DNA of 63,836 nt, the filler included, from Octopus bimaculoides (Eukaryota): NCBI RefSeq assembly GCF_001194135.2. It is 5 parts of 5 records of this genome, joined end to end, with 100 filler letters (N's around TTAATTAATTAA, not from the genome) between each part and the next. Parts side by side here need not be neighbours in the genome. Positions count along the whole stretch, not along the records: positions 52,278 to 57,297 come from NC_068982.1; positions 57,398 to 62,311 come from NW_026434724.1; positions 62,412 to 63,836 come from NC_069006.1; 2 more parts are not named here. The stretch is one strand, 5' to 3'. Within the stretch, counting starts at the first letter, position 1, and the number at the start of each line of letters is the position of its first letter. The translations under genes and the position numbers were made by a program. The notes under the pieces are model-generated. The model ran no database searches. It worked only from the letters and a program-made list of their open reading frames with translations, and was not told the origin of the DNA. Below, piece by piece: positions 52,321-63,836 of this stretch.

Positions 52321-54599
52321 ATACACGTAAATACGAACGCACTGTCGGTGTGATGCTATCTCTAGTGGTCGAGTGTCTATCATTGATGAGACCATGGTAG
52401 GTCGAAATCACGACATCTGGTCAACTCGGTGCTTGAGTTGCTGGTGATGTATCTGCTCGCTAGTGACAGAAACAAGCATGCATTTCGCACCAAAAAACTA
52501 TATGAAAGTTTCTCTTATGGAATCTACCGCAGTACAATTTATTTCTAACAGAACATCCACATTAAAGTGGGAATAAATATTTCCTCTCAATGTCTTAAAT
52601 GTTTCACATTCCATATCATCAAGGATTATCAATAACCACTTTAAGAGCATATTGACATTAACGAAAGCGGGGTTATGACTGTTTCCATCTCAACTCATAC
52701 ATCACTGTATATTGTAAATAGATTTCCAACGTGCGACTTTCATAATGGTTCATTACATCAGCTTAAACCACACGTTTGTTGCAGTGTTGAACAGTTCACT
52801 TAAATCAGTCCCACTTCTTCCATGATATTCAACATCAAAATATAGTCTCATGTTAATGTACAATGGATAATGCTGAATTGAGAGAATCGTTAGTTTTTGT
52901 TACAAAATTCCTTGCGCTATATTTTCCCGCTGTTCGTACCTGCAAAAGTAATGTAACCTAGCCACGCCGTTCTTACTTTCTTGTATTACAACTATTTTAG
53001 AAGCACATGTTTACTACGCTGCTCCATGATGGATTAACTGACGAGTTAGCTATTCATTAGTGCTAGGCAGATATATTTCATTTAAATATACGAGGCTGTA
53101 TTCCAATATGTTTGTTTTGGAACCATTAAGCTCTAAATCTTAGTAAAGAGAAGGAAATGGACTTGGTAGAAATAATGCAGATTTGTAAGAGACGAATTAT
53201 AGAATTAGGTACATGCCTCTGGGTTCTTATTTAATAAATAGAGATGTGTTTACTTTCTACTCTTGTTTTGCAACTTTAGACTTCACTGCTATGAGCTTTG
53301 TTCTTTAATCCGTATTAGCTTGATAAAATCTTCCCCACAATACTCTTTGCAATAAATTGTAATCCTTCCCTCCAACCTTGCCGTAGTCATAGTCAGAAGA
53401 AATCAATATTACAAAAAAAAAGGTTTTTCTCTCTATTATACAATTACTCAAACATTTTCTTGTTCCATTATATTCTCTCACCTTCTTAAGAATGTGGTAA
53501 TACAAATGTCATTGTTGACGGCAGAAGTATTTATTTCTTGTAAACAGACCAATTAAGATATTCATATACAGAACCATATTTTCAGTATAATAACAGAAGC
53601 CATTTATATTTGTAAATATCTGATTCTGTGGATATTTAAGATTCAGATGTTTAAATTAATAGCTGTTACATCAAACAAGCATAACTTGTCAACCCATTTG
53701 CAGTCGCACTTTGCCAAATAAATAAATATAAGATCTTAACTGAAAAACAAAACAAAACAAAAAACAACAACAATTATTTGACCGGGTTTTCGTGTAGCCG
53801 ATTTGTTTCTGGTATTAGTATTAGTATTATTCATTGTGGAATACTAACATACATACAGGTATAATTGTTGTTTTCACCCCGCTTTGTGATCGTTTTACGT
53901 GCAGTACTCTTGTTGTACGTTGTTAGGAAATTTGTTAGGAACGTTGATAGGAAGTGATCAGGAATCTGTTCGCTGGTGTTCAGCGGTTGTCTTTTGCCCG
54001 TAAGGGAAAATATGTTTCTCTAGAAAAAAATTAAAATAAAACACTGTTGGCGTTTTGAAAAATATATCCACATACAAAAGACAATACTAGCAAATTAAAA
54101 TGATAATCCTTCCTCCCACCAACGCATTAACAAATCAAGATTTTCCTCCACTGCCTCCACCTTCTCCCCTGAGAATGTGTGTAAGACGACGGAGCGTGGA
54201 AGCAGGGGCAACGTTAAAAATAAAATTATCGAATGTAATGCATGGGGAGAAGTTGACGGAGATATTTACAGTTCAAAGTCCGTGTCTCGAAACAGTGGAT
54301 GAGGGTGACGGTATCAGCAGCAGTATAAATAATAGTATGCTCTATGATGACAGCAGCAGTAGCAGTTGCAACAATGGCAGCAACACAGGTAGCAGTGGGA
54401 GCGGCAGCATTGACAGCAACAGTGCCGACAGAAGCAGCAGCAACGTTAATAATAAGTACAAAGTGAAAGAAGACAACACTGCTAGCAATAGAAGCAGGGA
54501 AAACAGTAACAATAGTAAATATTTTTTCGCGCGGTTAGATTTAGAGAACTTGAGGGTAGAAGGGCAGAAATTGATCCCCCACTCCTGAGACGGGGGCGG

Positions 54600-54802
54600 C
54601 TATGGTAAGAAAAATAATCCTTTGTACTATAGGCATAAACCTGTAATCTTTTGGGAGTGGGCTCGTCGATTACATTAATCTCAGTACCTAACTGGTACTT
54701 ATTTCTCCCACTCCGAAATGATGAACCTCAGGACATACCGGCAGACGAAATACTGTTAAGCATTTCGCCAGGCGCGCTAACGATTCTTCCAGCTCGCCAC
54801 CA
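54600..54802 (-). mobile_element. SINE family B copy
   Basis: Central domain plus head GAAATACTGTTAAGCATTTCGCCAGGCGCGCTAACGATTC. Confidence 0.75.
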
Positions 54803-55589
54803 TTATGATCAGAAAAAATAATGACGTTTAAATGTATCAGCCTCAAATATAGGCGTCTGGAAACGACCACGAACGTTCAAATTCAAAGAGCCCTACACGA
54901 TATATAGCATATCATAGGACATTTATCGAGGGAATGGGTGATTGTCGGGGTCGAGGGAATGGGTGTTTGTCGTGGACTGAGGTGATGGCAATCCAGCACT
55001 CGGTACAAATTCCACATATAACTTAGAGAAAGGCCAGCTGATGCACATGTACATGTATAAGTAGCCTCTAGAAAGCAAGCGAAAGAAGAACTATAAAACA
55101 ATAGGTTCATCGATACTACTCTCCTTAATCTGACACTTTCCGCTCTTGAGTTGTTAAAATAAATTCCTCCCGTATTGACAGGATGTAGCCAACAAACCCA
55201 AGAACGTACTCTGTGTACTACAAGCGCTGAAGGCAGTACATCATCACAGTACCAGTGACAACAGCGAAACGATAATTACCCCTTCGTGCGTATACATCTT
55301 CCTCCAATTACTAGAATGGGCAAGATGAAGGTCGAACTGGATCGGCTGATTGATTCGATGAAACGAAAAAGGAACCGAAGAAAACAATTGAAAAAGATAA
55401 GGAAAACCCATGTATAGATGGACATGTTTTCTCCATAGAGAGACGTGTTTCACTGAACTAAAGTTCAACTCAGGCGAAGGAAGGGGATCTCCTCACTATT
55501 TGAGCAAATCGTACATGGTAATGAATATTTATGAGTGATTTCATGGTTTTCTCCTGTTTTCGCATAGTGATATTCTTTGTAGAAAATCT

Positions 55590-55804
55590 TAAATATGACG
55601 GGGAGCTGGTTAAAGGGGTGTTGCGAAGGGCCCGAAAGGCTTGGCTGGAGGACTACCTTCCGAGTTCTGCAGGGTTTAGAAAAACTGAAGGACCTCTACA
55701 ATAAGTGTGTGAATCTGAGAAGAAAATATGTTGAATAAAATCATAATTAACTGATCTTTATTCACTTTTACCCAAAACCAGGAAAGTTTCAGCACCAACT
55801 CGTA
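55590..55804 (+). mobile_element. mariner 3' end
   Basis: GLEKLKDLYNKCVNLRRKYVE* followed by the TIR-like AAAGTTTCAGCACCAACTCGTA. Confidence 0.75.
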
Positions 55805-57397
55805 ATATAGAATAGCAAACAGGAATAACTTCCTTACTCACGTCGGAAGAATCACAAAAAAGGTAAGAAGAAATACATTAAGTATGTAAATATTCTGAAG
55901 CGTTCATTTTGCAATATTTTCTGGTCTAGAAAACTAAAAGTATACTTGTCTCATTGTATGCTTAATTTAAAACTTACTACTTTGTATATTTCCTCCTATT
56001 TCTTATAGTTGTTCCTTGGATAAAGCTTGGCAATGAGGACGAGACAATCTCTTCCGATGTCTCCAGAGTCGCGTTGCTTTGGCCCTTGTAGCTGGTGCTT
56101 TTATTGTTTACTAGCCTCTTTCTTTCCCTCACACCTATCTCTCACTTCACAACATACATATGCATTTTTGGCTGTTTACTACTTTGATTAACATTGACAG
56201 TCCTGTCACATTAAAACATAGATATCCTATCCGAGAATGATCTTTTCGTCATCTAGTTAAAAAAGAAATTTTCTATAAATTATAGTAATAAAAAGATTTC
56301 TTTTTGTTGGTTCTTTCATGCATATTTGCAAGACTCTGCATCTAAGATTACTGATAACACAAGCGGTTTGCATATTTTACTTGCTCTGTAAGTATAAATT
56401 TCAGTCGTATTATATAAAATTAATTAAAAACAATCTGCAAATTAATTTCTGTGTTGCTGTCGGATTTACATTGATATAAAATATGAATGAGGTGTAGAAG
56501 TGAATTTGCAAGTGTGCTTATTTTTTGAATTTATGATTGCAATACAATATGAAATATCATGTAGGAAATTATGTTAGATGTTTATTCTAATCTTAAATAA
56601 TCGAAAATGTAAATAAACTAAATAGCATAACAAAATTTCATTATTATGCATGTCCAATACCAGAAATGAGAGTGTAACTGATGAATACGTAAGCCTATTT
56701 ATATTATCAAACTAATTAGTAATTGCAAACCGAATGTATATAGTAATTTGACAAAGAAATGGAAGAAACACAATAAAAAGAAAGCAAATGAAGAGAGAAA
56801 ATTACCGGAAATAGGATCGATGGATGTGACTAAAATTCTTAGTTTTCAATTTTAATTTTAAATAAAATCTCAATTTTAATTTTAAATAAAAATCTTATAA
56901 CCAGTACAGTAGAGTCTGTAAAAACAGACGAAGTCAAAGAGATTAGATTTTTGATTACATAAGTTCAACTGTTTTCGGTTCTGTTAATTACATAAAATAC
57001 TAAGAGACCGATAAACGCAACATCCGCAGGCAATACGAGTTTTCTTTTTTAAATGATTGATTGTTATTTTAAATCTCGAAAGATCTAATTTATTCTACCA
57101 CTAATACAGCTCAAGTACATAAAATTGTTTTCAAATAGAGACTAGAATGATCAAAGAGATTAAGTTAATATTTTCATTTTGTGTTCAGGCTTTCTCAGAT
57201 GAACTAGGATTATGTTAAATACACGAACACATACAAACGCAAACACACAACCATATATATTGATAATATAATATAATATTATATATATATATATATANNN
57301 NNNNNNNNNNNNNNNNNNNNNNNNNNNNNNNNNNNNNNNNNTTAATTAATTAANNNNNNNNNNNNNNNNNNNNNNNNNNNNNNNNNNNNNNNNNNNN

Positions 57398-57860
57398 CCC
57401 CCCCTTCTTTAGCTCCTTTCTCAGTAGTGCAACCGCCCCTCGACAGACAGAAGTGGGAATTCTCGCATTCTGCTGCCAGTTGCAGTAGACGTCTGTTAAG
57501 AGGCCCGCAAACAAGTCCGGCATCGAAGTATAAAACTCGTATGGCAGACCATCCAAACCCGGCGATTTGCTTCACGTGCAGCTTTTCATCGCTTACTGAA
57601 TCTTCGCGGCTGTCATCGATCTTTCGAAGCACTTCGCATTGCTCGTCGAGAGTCGTGGCAGGCCGTCCAGGTAGACACCGAAATCTGCCTGTCATCCGTC
57701 CTGGCAGAGCGAGCAACAACTTCAGTCGCCGTAGGCTTGAGAAATTGCCCAGAGCTGGGCGAAATTTACTGAAACAAATGAAACACAATAAATTACACCC
57801 AGCTCAAAAAAAACAACTCCACCTATCTCGGTCGACTTCTTCGTAATTCACTTCTTCGGG
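57398..57860 (-). mobile_element. L1/Tx1-clade LINE RT N-terminal remnant
   Basis: KSPGLDGLPYEFYTSMPDLF...RGAVALLRK (PGxDGxxxEFY motif). Confidence 0.85.
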
Positions 57861-58057
57861 AGAGCTGAAGACTCTCGACCGCCTTGTTCAATGTTCTTAC
57901 CGGAGGTAACTCATCCACGCAAGACCGGAAGTGGTAAGCAAGCTACTTACCACACAGCCACTCCTGCGGCTATATATATATATATATATATATATTATTT
58001 AAAGGATAAAATACGTCTTTACGTGCTACCAATAGTTTCATATATACATACATGTGT

Positions 58058-58144
<87 letters not shown>

Positions 58145-58861
58145 TATATATTATTTAAAGGATAAAATACATGCCTTTACGTGCTACCAATAGTTGAGAA
58201 ATATTTCAAACATATTCACCAAGCACAAACCACGTATAATGAATTTTTTAAAAACTGAAGAGGGGAAGAAACGCGAAAAAAAACTGACGAGGTAGCATAT
58301 GGAAAACGCAGAAAGTTTAAAAAATGGAAAACTAAAAAATATAAACTAAAATTCCAGAAAGTAAAAAAAGATTTTAAAAAAGCCATCTTCCTCAGACTTT
58401 AAATTATAAGACTGATTAACTCGCTGATATTTTCCAAGTCATATATTCAAGGTCTTTTTACCTTTTTTATTAATATCTTATGTATATTGTCACTGAAGTA
58501 GGATATAGAATAAAATGGTCCTGCCCACTTATTTCCCCAACCAAAGCTTCGACATTGTTCTTTGTAGTGCCGTTTAGATTTACAGAGTGAAAAGGGATCT
58601 ACAGTAATTATTGTAACAAATTTTAATGTTGGCTCAAGTAAATTATCATGAAGTCACTCATCCATAACCTTACCTTCAATAGCAACGCGGTTGTTATATT
58701 TTCAAAAGTAAAACCAGAAAATAGTAAGCTTTCATGTTTATACACATACTTTATAGGATATATTTATGTACGATTTATATGTGATTTACTCAAGGGTACA
58801 TTTATTTCTGTCTTGATCATGGTTCATAGAAGCTGTATTTTCTTTGTTTTGTTTATTCCAG

Positions 58862-59183
58862 ACACGATATTCTCCCGATTGTTATGGGTGCCCATCCTGA
58901 TGACTATCGTGAAATAGCGCCTAAGAATTCGTACATTCACTACGAGGATTTCAAATCAGCAAAAGAATTAGCAGACTACCTACATAAACTCGATAAAAAT
59001 GATGATCTTTATAACGAGTATTTCAAATGGAAAGGAACGGGAGAATTTATTGACCTCAAACTTTGGTGCCGTATTTGTGCAATGCTACATGCTGCCGATC
59101 ATGAAAAACCAACTTGGTATGAAAACATATGGGAATGGTGGGCAGGAAAAGGCCAGTGTATTGGAAAGCAACGGTGGACATAA
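58862..59183 (+). CDS. FucTA: Terminal coding exon of a GT10 alpha-1,3-fucosyltransferase (glycoprotein 3-alpha-L-fucosyltransferase A-like)
   Basis: Pyrimidine tract ending ...TTTATTCCAG (AG at 58860-58861), phase-2 entry, then HDILPIVMGAHPDDYREIAPKNSYIHYEDFKSAKELADYLHKLDKNDDLYNEYFKWKGTGEFIDLKLWCRICAMLH...WYENIWEWWAGKGQC to TAA at 59183. This matches the recalled C-terminus of invertebrate FucTA-type GT10 enzymes (PIVMG, SYIH, YxxYFxWK, WCRxC). Upstream exons were not found in the window. Confidence 0.9.
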
Positions 59184-59912
59184 AACACCACGTGGATATC
59201 CTAATATAAAGTGCATGATGTAATAATTGACATTCATCAAAATTATTGACACTTATTGTGAAGTAACAATGAGTTAAACACGCTTAAGTTAAGGGGGTAA
59301 AAACAAGTTTTAGAAAATAGAAAACAACAGGTTTAAATCTAAATAATTTTGTTACTATGTACGTAAGTAAATTTCTTGCTATACATGTAATTCAGTGAGT
59401 AACAAATACAGTTTCGATTGGGAGACGTTGATTTCAATGACCAAAAAGGGGACACCAACCACGGATATAGTCAAAACATGTGGCTGGCTATCATTCAAAA
59501 AGGAACTTCGAATATTTTTCGTTTTCTTGATCAGAAAATGTTCAAGGAAAGTCTACTTTTTATACAGTTTAACATGTTGTTGACGAATAACGCAGTTACT
59601 ATTTTGGAAAAATTTAAAGTTAGGCATTTAAAGTTGGGCATTTTTAATCAATGAATTTTAAGCCACTGTTCTCACAACGTAAGTCGAAACTGTTAGTTGT
59701 CATGGTAACTCCGCTTCTTTAATTAATTCTGCTGACAACAAGAATGTTTTGTGAAGAACTAGGGATTGAGGTCGCTACAAAAATTATTTACTGGAGGATT
59801 GTGAAAACGATTTTCATTTTGTCGTACCTTCTCAAGGTCGTATTATCTTCGAAGAATGCATTCGTCAATCATTTGGGCCAGGGACTTTACATACATACAT
59901 GCATACATACAA

Positions 59913-59947
<35 letters not shown>

Positions 59948-60767
59948 TANNNNNNNNNNNNNNNNNNNNNNNNNNNNNNNNNNNNNNNNNNNNNNNNNNN
60001 NNNNNNNNNNNNNNNNNNNNNNNNNNNNNNNNNNNNNNNNNNNNNNNNNNNNNNNNNNNNNNNNNNNNNNNNNNNNNNNNNNNNNNNNNNNNNNNNNNNN
60101 NNNNNNNNNNNNNNNNNNNNNNNNNNNNNNNNNNNNNNNNNNNNNNNNNNNNNNNNNNNNNNNNNNNNNNNNNNNNNNNNNNNNNNNNNNNNNNNNNNNN
60201 NNNNNNNNNNNNNNNNNNNNNNNNNNNNNNNNNNNNNNNNNNNNNNNNNNNNNNNNNNNNNNNNNNNNNNNNNNNNNNNNNNNNNNNNNNNNNNNNNNNN
60301 NNNNNNNNNNNNNNNNNNNNNNNNNNNNNNNNNNNNNNNNNNNNNNNNNNNNNNNNNNNNNNNNNNNNNNNNNNNNNNNNNNNNNNNNNNNNNNNNNNNN
60401 NNNNNNNNNNNNNNNNNNNNNNNNNNNNNNNNNNNNNNNNNNNNNNNNNNNNNNNNNNNNNNNNNNNNNNNNNNNNNNNNNNNNNNNNNNNNNNNNNNNN
60501 NNNNNNNNNNNNNNNNNNNNNNNNNNNNNNNNNNNNNNNNNNNNNNNNNNNNNNNNNNNNNNNNNNNNNNNNNNNNNNNNNNNNNNNNNNNNNNNNNNNN
60601 NNNNNNNNNNNNNNNNNNNNNNNNNNNNNNNNNNNNNNNNNNNNNNNNNNNNNNNNNNNNNNNNNNNNNNNNNNNNNNNNNNNNNNNNNNNNNNNNNNNN
60701 NNNNNNNNNNNNNNNNNNNNNNNNNNNNNNNNNNNNNNNNNNNNNNNNNNNNNNNNNNNNNNNNNNN

Positions 60768-62296
60768 ACAGCAACTTGCAGCTCCTCTTGCAAATCTCTG
60801 GAGAAAAATCACTGGATGCCGGTTTTATCCTTCAAAACATTCTCTCCCAGTTAGTCGTGTTCCTATCTTTAAAAAAGAGAATAAATCGCCCCCTGTAAAC
60901 TACCGTCCAATCTCACCTCACATATCATCAAAGTATTTGAGAGGGTGTTGAGATCAAGAATAACAGCCTTCCTAGAACAAAATCATCTCCTAAAATGCAA
61001 CCAGCATGGTTTTCGCGGTGGGAGGGACTGTCTAACACAGCTCCTCCACCACTTTGATGACATCTTAAATGCACTAAGTGAGGGCTCCAACGCGGATGTT
61101 ATATACTTTGATTTCAGCAAGGCTTTGATAGAGTCGACCACAATATATTGTTAAAGAAACTATCCTACTATTTCAGTGGATTAGGTATTTCCTAAAAAAA
61201 CAGTACCCAGCATGTTGTGGTTGATGGCATCCACTCAAGACAACCAAAAGTCATCAGCAGAGTCCCGCAGGGTACTGTGCTGGGTCCACTTCTTTCTATT
61301 GTCTATATCAATGACATTGCAGATTCTATTGAGCTTGGAACCATGAAAATATTTGCCGATGACTCTAAGCTCCAGAAAGTCATTAAGGGAGTATATGATC
61401 GAACGATGCCTCAATCGGACCTATGTGCAATAACCCAGTGGGCACAAAAAGACTATATGCAGCTGAACGAGGAAAAATTTGCGCTCATCCACTTTGGAAG
61501 AGAGGGCACACTCAAACAACCAAATACACTACCGTCGGGAGACCTACTTGAACCGTTGGATAATATCAGAGACTTAGCTGTAACTGTCGACAGCGACCTT
61601 AGCTGGAGTGTGCACATCAACAATAAGAGTCGATGTTGCCCGCAGAATATGCTCATGGATCTTCAGAACTTTCCAATCTAGGGATCATGAAACCATCATC
61701 CTTCTCTTCTCCACATTCGCTAGGCCCCACCTCGAATACTGCTGTCCATTGTGGTCCCCCTATAAAAAAAAAAGACATAATGAGGATCGAAGCGCCACAA
61801 AGATCAATCACAAAAAAATAAATGGCTTGATGGGACTTGATTATTGGGCTCGTCTTAAACAGCTGAAGCTCTGTTCTCTGCAACGCCGCTGTGAGCGATA
61901 CATTATTTGCACCATGTGGTAAATATTCCACCAGAATTATCCAAATGACATTGGTATTATGTTTACAATTCACCCAAGACTAGGCTCCCTAAAAAGGTTA
62001 AGATCACACCACATAAGAACATTGCGACACAATTTCTTCACTGCAAATGGTCCTGCACTTTTCAATGTTAACCCAAAAGAAATTAAAGTAGAAAAAGACC
62101 CCACAACTTTCAAACGGTACCTGGACAAATTCCTCCAGGAAATACTGGATAAATCATCTACACCTGGATACGTCTGAACCAACAACAACTCTCTGCTTGA
62201 GTGGTCCATGGTGTTCCGAAATAATTAACTAAAAGACTTTTCCAGCTGGTGCCTGGGCCGATAATGGCCGAAACCAATGTAAGTTATCTAAGTAAA
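60768..62296 (+). mobile_element. CR1-group LINE, 3' half of RT plus 3' end
   Basis: PIFKK...NYRPIS, NQHGFRGGRDCLTQLL, DVIYFDFSKA, VPQGTVLGPLL, IFADDSKL, RPHLEYCCPLWSP; several frameshifts. Confidence 0.9.
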
Positions 62297-62411
62297 TACA
62301 TACATATATATNNNNNNNNNNNNNNNNNNNNNNNNNNNNNNNNNNNNNNNNNNNNTTAATTAATTAANNNNNNNNNNNNNNNNNNNNNNNNNNNNNNNNN
62401 NNNNNNNNNNN

Positions 62412-63836
62412 GAACGTACGTCTGTTCGTTCATTCGTATTTACGTACGTACGTTCTATTTTCGTTATTTCTTTCGTTCGTTTGTTCGTTAGTTTGTTCGA
62501 ACGTATGTTCGGTCGTTCGTACTCACGTACGTGCGTTCGTTCAATCTTTCGTTCTTGCGTTCGATCGATCGCACGTACGTACGATCGTTCGTTCAATATT
62601 TCGTTCGTTCGTTCGATCTTTCGTATGTACGTCCGTTCGTTCGTTCTTTTGTTCCTTCGTTCTATCATTCCATCGTTTGATCCTTCCTTCGTTCGTTCAA
62701 TCGTTCGTTCTATTCTACGTACGTACGTACGTACGTTCGTCATTTCGATGGTTCTTTCGTTCGTTCGCTCGTTCATTTATTCGTACGTTCCTACGTAGGT
62801 TCGTAACTACAATCGTTCGTTCGTACTTACGTACGTTCGAAGGAACAAAAGAACGAACGAAAGAACGTACGTACGAACGAACGAACGAACGAACGAATGA
62901 AGGTACGTACGAGCGAACGAACGAACAACCGAACGTACGAATAAAATAAAGAACGTACGTACGTACGTAAGCACGAACGAACGAACGAACGAACGACCGA
63001 ACGAACGAACAAAAGATAGAACGTACGTACGTAAGTACGAACGAAACGTTATTACGTAGGTTCGTTCTTTCGTTCGTTCCTTCGATCGCTCGTTCGTTAG
63101 ATCGTTCATTCGTACGTACGTACGTACGTACATACGTACGTTCGGTCATTCTTTCGTACGTACTTATGTACGTTCGTTCGTTCGTTCTTACGTCTCTATG
63201 TGCGTACGTTCGTTCGTTCGTGCGTACGTACGAACGTACGTCAGTTCGTTCATTCGTACTTACGTACGTACGTTCTTTTTTCGCTATTTCTTTCGTTCGT
63301 TTGTTCGTTAGTTCGTTCGAACGTACGTTCGTTCGTTCGTACTCAGGTACGTGCGTTCGTTCAATCTTTGGTTCTTGAGTTCGATCGTCCGTACGTACGT
63401 ACGATCGTTCGTTCAATCTTTCCTTCATTCGTTCGATCTTTCGTATGTACGTACGTTCGTTCGTTCTTTTGTTCCTTCGTTCTATCATTCCATCGTTTGA
63501 TCCTTCCTTCATTCGTTCAATCGTTCGTTCTATACTACGTACGTACGTACGTTCGTTATTTCGATGGTTCGTTCGTTCGTTTATTTGTTCGTTCCTACGT
63601 ACGTTCGTAATTACGTTCGTTCGTTCGTTCTTCCTTACGTTTGTACGTGTGTACGTTCGTTCGTTCGTTCGTACGTACGTACGTACTCACGTACGTTCGT
63701 TCGTTCAATCTTTCGTTCGATCGTTCGTACGTTCGTACGTTCGTTCGTTCGTTCTTTTGTTCCTTCGTTCGATCATTCCATCGTTTGATCCTTCCTTCGT
63801 TCGTTCTATTCTACGTACGTACGTCAGTACGATCAA
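62412..63836. repeat. CpG-rich (TTCG/TACG)-based satellite with ~820-bp higher-order unit
   Basis: The block starting at 62413 recurs at ~63233. Strand polarity flips to (CGAA)n at ~62840-63050. Confidence 0.85.

Noticed and set aside
54100-54588. 162-aa Ser/Asn-rich ORF
   Set aside because: Low-complexity (AGC/AAC)-derived sequence running into a SINE; no domain or splice support.
55990-56200. Strong acceptor followed by hydrophobic short frames, as a possible FucT N-terminal exon
   Set aside because: All frames stop early, there is no GT10 similarity, and it lies on a different joined piece from the FucTA exon.
58895-58918. CTGATGA...GAAA inside the FucTA exon as a hammerhead
   Set aside because: No proper stems II or III; explained by codons for P-D-D-Y-R-E.
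2934-60951. Long ORFs containing X runs (e.g. 2934-3887, 32012-32660, 59744-60951)
   Set aside because: They are open only because they run through N gaps.
62360-63788. RSFV/ERTN-repeat ORFs
   Set aside because: The satellite lacks stop codons by composition; not a gene.

Overview
AT-rich, repeat-dense eukaryotic DNA from a gapped animal assembly. The SINE families, the microsatellite load and the fucosyltransferase exon point to an octopus/coleoid cephalopod; this is inferred from recalled repeat families, not from a database search. Four identical 100-bp spacers (44 N + TTAATTAATTAA + 44 N) split the window into five joined pieces: 1-23936, 24037-52177, 52278-57297, 57398-62311 and 62412-63836. 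The only clearly recognisable host coding sequence is the terminal exon of a GT10 alpha-1,3-fucosyltransferase (FucTA-like, 58862-59183, +). Everything else recognisable is repeat DNA: tRNA-derived SINEs; LINE fragments (R4/Dong, CR1, L1/Tx1, RTE); a Penelope-like RT; a Ty3/Gypsy gag-protease; Tc1/mariner remnants; hAT, piggyBac and Tigger MITEs; a Foldback-type MULE; and microsatellites. Nearly all long ORFs in the track are microsatellite or N artefacts. The most interesting non-annotated signals are: (1) a hammerhead-ribozyme motif at ~37490-37572; (2) a CpG-decay contrast suggesting gene-body methylation left of a candidate minus-strand promoter/first exon at ~23.2-23.35 kb; (3) several near-perfect hairpins; (4) a CpG-rich (TTCG/TACG) satellite with an ~820-bp higher-order period. 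No prokaryotic-type system (CRISPR, operon) is present.
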